Shown here in pieces: positions 61,042 to 64,000 of a DNA stretch of 64,000 bases (within the stretch, counting starts at the first letter, position 1; each line of letters opens with the position of its first letter). The stretch is from Vulcanimicrobiota bacterium (lineage in GTDB: Bacteria; Vulcanimicrobiota; Vulcanimicrobiia; Vulcanimicrobiales; Vulcanimicrobiaceae). The position numbers and the translations under genes are program-made. The stretch is taken from positions 96,001 through 160,000 of the forward strand of contig CAWHWQ010000008.1 in NCBI GenBank assembly GCA_963833095.1. Reading direction: 5' to 3'. The notes under the pieces are model-generated. The model had not been told where the DNA came from. It made no database searches and saw only the letters and a list, made by a program, of their open reading frames with translations.

Positions 61042-61848
61042 ATCTTTACTTATCGCGACGAGCGCAAATTATTCGCGCTAATTGCCGTCATCATCGTGGC
61101 GGCGACGCTGGCGCTCGTGCAAATCAACGCCGAACGCGCGGGCACGACAAGTCCGCTCACCGCAGCGGCGACCGCGCTTGCATCGTTTGCCGAAAGCGCC
61201 ACAGCAATCGTGATCGATGGCGCGCGCGGCGGCGTCGGCGCAGTTGCCGCGTTGCCCTCGCTTGAAAAAGACAACGCGCGGCTACGCAGTGAAAATGAAA
61301 CGCTGGCGGCCGACAACGCGCGCTTGCACGAACTCGCTGCCCAGTATGCCGCCGAGGTCAGCGTTCGCCCCGCCGTTGATGTCAATCCGTCCGGCATCGA
61401 AGCTCGTGTGATCGGCTTTCCCCCGGAGAACGACTCGCGCACCGTCACCATCGACCGTGGGACCAACGCCGGCGTGCATAAAGATGACGGCGTAATCGCA
61501 AGTGGCGGCGTTGTCGGACGTGTCGAGTCCGTCGGCCCGTTCTCCAGCGACGTCGTGCTCATCACCGATTACACGAGCCGTATTCCCGCCGTGACGCGCC
61601 GCGGGCGTTACTGGGGTATCGCGCGCGGTAATTTGTCGAGCGTGCGCGTCGAGTACATTCCGCAAGATGCGCCGATCAAGCCCGGTGAGGTCATCGTGAC
61701 GGGGCAAGGCCGTTCGTTCCATTCGGGCGTTCCCATCGGTACGATTATTTCCGTCGAACGCAGTGACGCTGCGCTCTCTCAAACTGCCGTCCTTCGTCCC
61801 GCCGTCAATCTCGGCGCCCTCGATCGCGTTGTCGTCGTCCCGCAATAG
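61042..61848 (+). CDS. mreC: rod shape-determining protein MreC
   Basis: TM, coiled coil LEKDNARLRSENE, IDRG, GVVGRV, IVTG, GVPIG; start inferred at ATC after GGGAG. Confidence 0.9.
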   Translation: MFTYRDERKLFALIAVIIVAATLALVQINAERAGTTSPLTAAATALASFAESATAIVIDGARGGVGAVAALPSLEKDNARLRSENETLAADNARLHELAAQYAAEVSVRPAVDVNPSGIEARVIGFPPENDSRTVTIDRGTNAGVHKDDGVIASGGVVGRVESVGPFSSDVVLITDYTSRIPAVTRRGRYWGIARGNLSSVRVEYIPQDAPIKPGEVIVTGQGRSFHSGVPIGTIISVERSDAALSQTAVLRPAVNLGALDRVVVVPQ

Positions 61849-61849
61849 A

Positions 61850-62356
61850 ATCCACATCGGTCGGATCATCGCACCGGCGTGGTACATTTCCGCGGGGTGG
61901 CTCGTGCTCGCGCTTTTCGTGCAAGTAACGATCATGCATCGGCTGGGTATTCGTAACGTCGAGCCGAGCCTGGTATTGGTTGCGGTGGTGTGGTACGCGA
62001 TTCGCGTGGAGCCATGGCGGGCCGGCGCGTATGGACTCGCGGCCGGCATCGGTGAAGATGTGCTCTCCTACGGAACCGGCGGAGCTTGGACGATCTCGAC
62101 GACGGCCGTAGCCATCGTTGCCAGCATGATCTCTCGCGGGTTCTTTGCCGACTCGATTCCATTAGTCGCAACCATTACGTTTGTCGCGACGCTCGTCCGT
62201 CAGTTGATCTTCTGGGTTGCAATGGGCTTTGAAGGCTATCCAAGCGGTCTTGGCATGATGCATTTCCACGAAGCGCTCTTCGGAGCGCTGCTCAACGCCG
62301 CGGTAATGATGCTCGTGATGCTCGTGAGCCGGCGCTTCGATAGCCGCTACGCATGA
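61850..62356 (+). CDS. mreD: rod shape-determining protein MreD (start uncertain)
   Basis: Hydrophobic; EPSLVLV, GLAAGIGED; lies between mreC and mrdA. Confidence 0.85.
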   Translation: MHIGRIIAPAWYISAGWLVLALFVQVTIMHRLGIRNVEPSLVLVAVVWYAIRVEPWRAGAYGLAAGIGEDVLSYGTGGAWTISTTAVAIVASMISRGFFADSIPLVATITFVATLVRQLIFWVAMGFEGYPSGLGMMHFHEALFGALLNAAVMMLVMLVSRRFDSRYA

Positions 62357-64000
62357 TCATTGATAGGCGTCGCGCACCGCGTGTCTCATGGGAACGCTCG
62401 CCGTGGCGCATCGCCGGATTCATCGCGATCCTAGGCATTGCCGTCATTGCGCTAATCGCGCAGCTCGTGCAAGTCCAACTCGTGCAGGGCGAACGCTACC
62501 GCGCCGCAGCGCTCGAAAACCAGGTGCGCCTGATCGAAGTCGCAGCTCCGCGCGGAATGATCTACGACCGGGAGGGGCACGTTCTGGTGCGCAGCCGCCC
62601 TTCATTCGTTGTTGGTTTGATTCCCTCGGAGATCACCGACATCGACGGTGAGTTGTCGACGCTGGCACGCACCCTCGGCATCGATCAAACCAAACTGCGC
62701 TATCGCCTGCTGCACCACCGCGGCGTGAACTACGAGAATTTTGCGCAAGTCCAGACGTATGAACCCTACGGTCCGGTCGTGCTCGCTAGCGACCTGCCGG
62801 TGGCCAAAGTCGCGCGACTCTCCGAACTCGTCGGCGATTTGCCCGGGGTCGATTTGGAAGTGCAGCCGATTCGCGACTACCCACTGGGTCCCACCGGCGC
62901 ATCGATCTTCGGCTACGTCGGTCAGATCACCGAAACCGAATACCAGAAGCTCAAACATCAGGGTTATACACCCAACGACGTGGTCGGCAAGGATGGGCTC
63001 GAGTACGTCTACGATTCGTATCTGCGCGGGGAAGCGGGCGGACAGCGCGTGGTCGTCGACGCGCAAGATCAAGTCGTTCCCAGTATCAAACTGCCCTCGA
63101 AGGCTGCGGTTCCCGGCGATACGCTGATCACCAATGTCGACGGCCGTCTCGAACAGATCGTGCAGCGCGCGCTCGACGAAGGTATCGCCAAGTGGGCGCA
63201 CGGACGCAAGCTCGCGGGCGCGGTCGTCGCACTTGATCCGTGGACCGGCGGTGTGCTCGCCATGGCCAGTTATCCGGAATTCGATCCCAACGATTTCGCT
63301 GCCGACAATTGGAAGCGCGTTTCGCGCTATCTGCTCGACCCTACCGATCCGCTCTTCAACAACGCGATTGGCGCGGCCACGCCGACCGGATCCACGTTCA
63401 AGATGGTGACGGGAAGCGGTGTGCTCAGCGAGGGCCTGGTCAAACCCAAAGAAGTCGTCTACGACAGCGGCCAGTGGAATTGCGGCGGCTACATCGCGCG
63501 CGATATCGCGTCGGGCGGACTCGGCAACACGACCTTCGTTCCCGCGTTGGCCGCTTCGTCCGACGGATTTTTCTATCAAATGGCCTGGCGGCTCGGTATC
63601 GCCCGTCTCACCAAATGGGCGCACCTCTTCGGCGTGGGCAGCAAGACCGGCATCGATCTTCCGGGCGAAAACGCCGGCAATTGGCCGACCAACGCGTGGG
63701 AGATGAAAGTCTTCGGCGTGCCGATGGAGCCAAGCGAGGTCTGCATGCTCGGCATCGGCCAAGGGGCGATGCAGGCGACACCCCTGCAGATGGCCGACAT
63801 CGCGTCGGCCGTGATCAACGGCGGGACGCTCTATCGCCCGCAAGTCGTGCGCGAGATTCGCACGCCCCAGGGTCACATCATCAAAACGTTTGAACCCCAG
63901 ATCATTCGCCAAGTTCCCGCAACGCAAGAAGCGCTCGCACTCGTGCGCGAGGGAATGGGGAAGGTCACCGATCCCGGCGGTACCGCCTACGGCCTGAAGA
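62353..64000 (+). CDS. mrdA: penicillin-binding protein 2 (partial)
   Basis: Manual translation: APRGMIYDR, GKDGLE, PTGSTFKMV (SxxK), GIGQG, TPLQMA; runs off the window. Confidence 0.93.
   Translation, partial: MIIDRRRAPRVSWERSPWRIAGFIAILGIAVIALIAQLVQVQLVQGERYRAAALENQVRLIEVAAPRGMIYDREGHVLVRSRPSFVVGLIPSEITDIDGELSTLARTLGIDQTKLRYRLLHHRGVNYENFAQVQTYEPYGPVVLASDLPVAKVARLSELVGDLPGVDLEVQPIRDYPLGPTGASIFGYVGQITETEYQKLKHQGYTPNDVVGKDGLEYVYDSYLRGEAGGQRVVVDAQDQVVPSIKLPSKAAVPGDTLITNVDGRLEQIVQRALDEGIAKWAHGRKLAGAVVALDPWTGGVLAMASYPEFDPNDFAADNWKRVSRYLLDPTDPLFNNAIGAATPTGSTFKMVTGSGVLSEGLVKPKEVVYDSGQWNCGGYIARDIASGGLGNTTFVPALAASSDGFFYQMAWRLGIARLTKWAHLFGVGSKTGIDLPGENAGNWPTNAWEMKVFGVPMEPSEVCMLGIGQGAMQATPLQMADIASAVINGGTLYRPQVVREIRTPQGHIIKTFEPQIIRQVPATQEALALVREGMGKVTDPGGTAYGLK

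Overview
High-GC bacterial chromosomal segment, mostly core genes. The gene order is Terrabacteria/Firmicute-like (rpiB-glyA-upp-dCMP deaminase-tagO/wecA-wecB-atp operon-murA; fabF-rnc-smc; rpmA-obgE-nadD; maf-mreCD-mrdA) but LPS/heptose genes are also present. This suggests a diderm Terrabacteria lineage such as Ca. Eremiobacterota (inference, not tested). Contents: a full F0F1 operon (with b, b', atpI and a small atpZ missed by the ORF track), a 6S RNA, an epimerase/DUF1611/peptide-binding protein/C39 cluster, an LPS cluster between hisS and aspS, purH and an efflux ABC system. Many essential genes carry single-base frameshifts that look like long-read assembly errors. The most unusual signals are mostly non-coding: (i) two dispersed copies of a two-stem element with CAGGA(T/C)G loops and compensatory stem changes; (ii) a 174-bp palindrome between gmhA and the heptose kinase gene that contains that gene's RBS; (iii) TGTCATCC-type REP repeats that bracket a small gene and sit in-frame inside a glycosyltransferase; (iv) apparent non-canonical start codons (obgE CTG, mreC ATC); (v) a stand-alone toxin-like HExxH peptidase plus partner gene next to 6S RNA. 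No CRISPR, tRNA, rRNA, transposase or integrase was seen.
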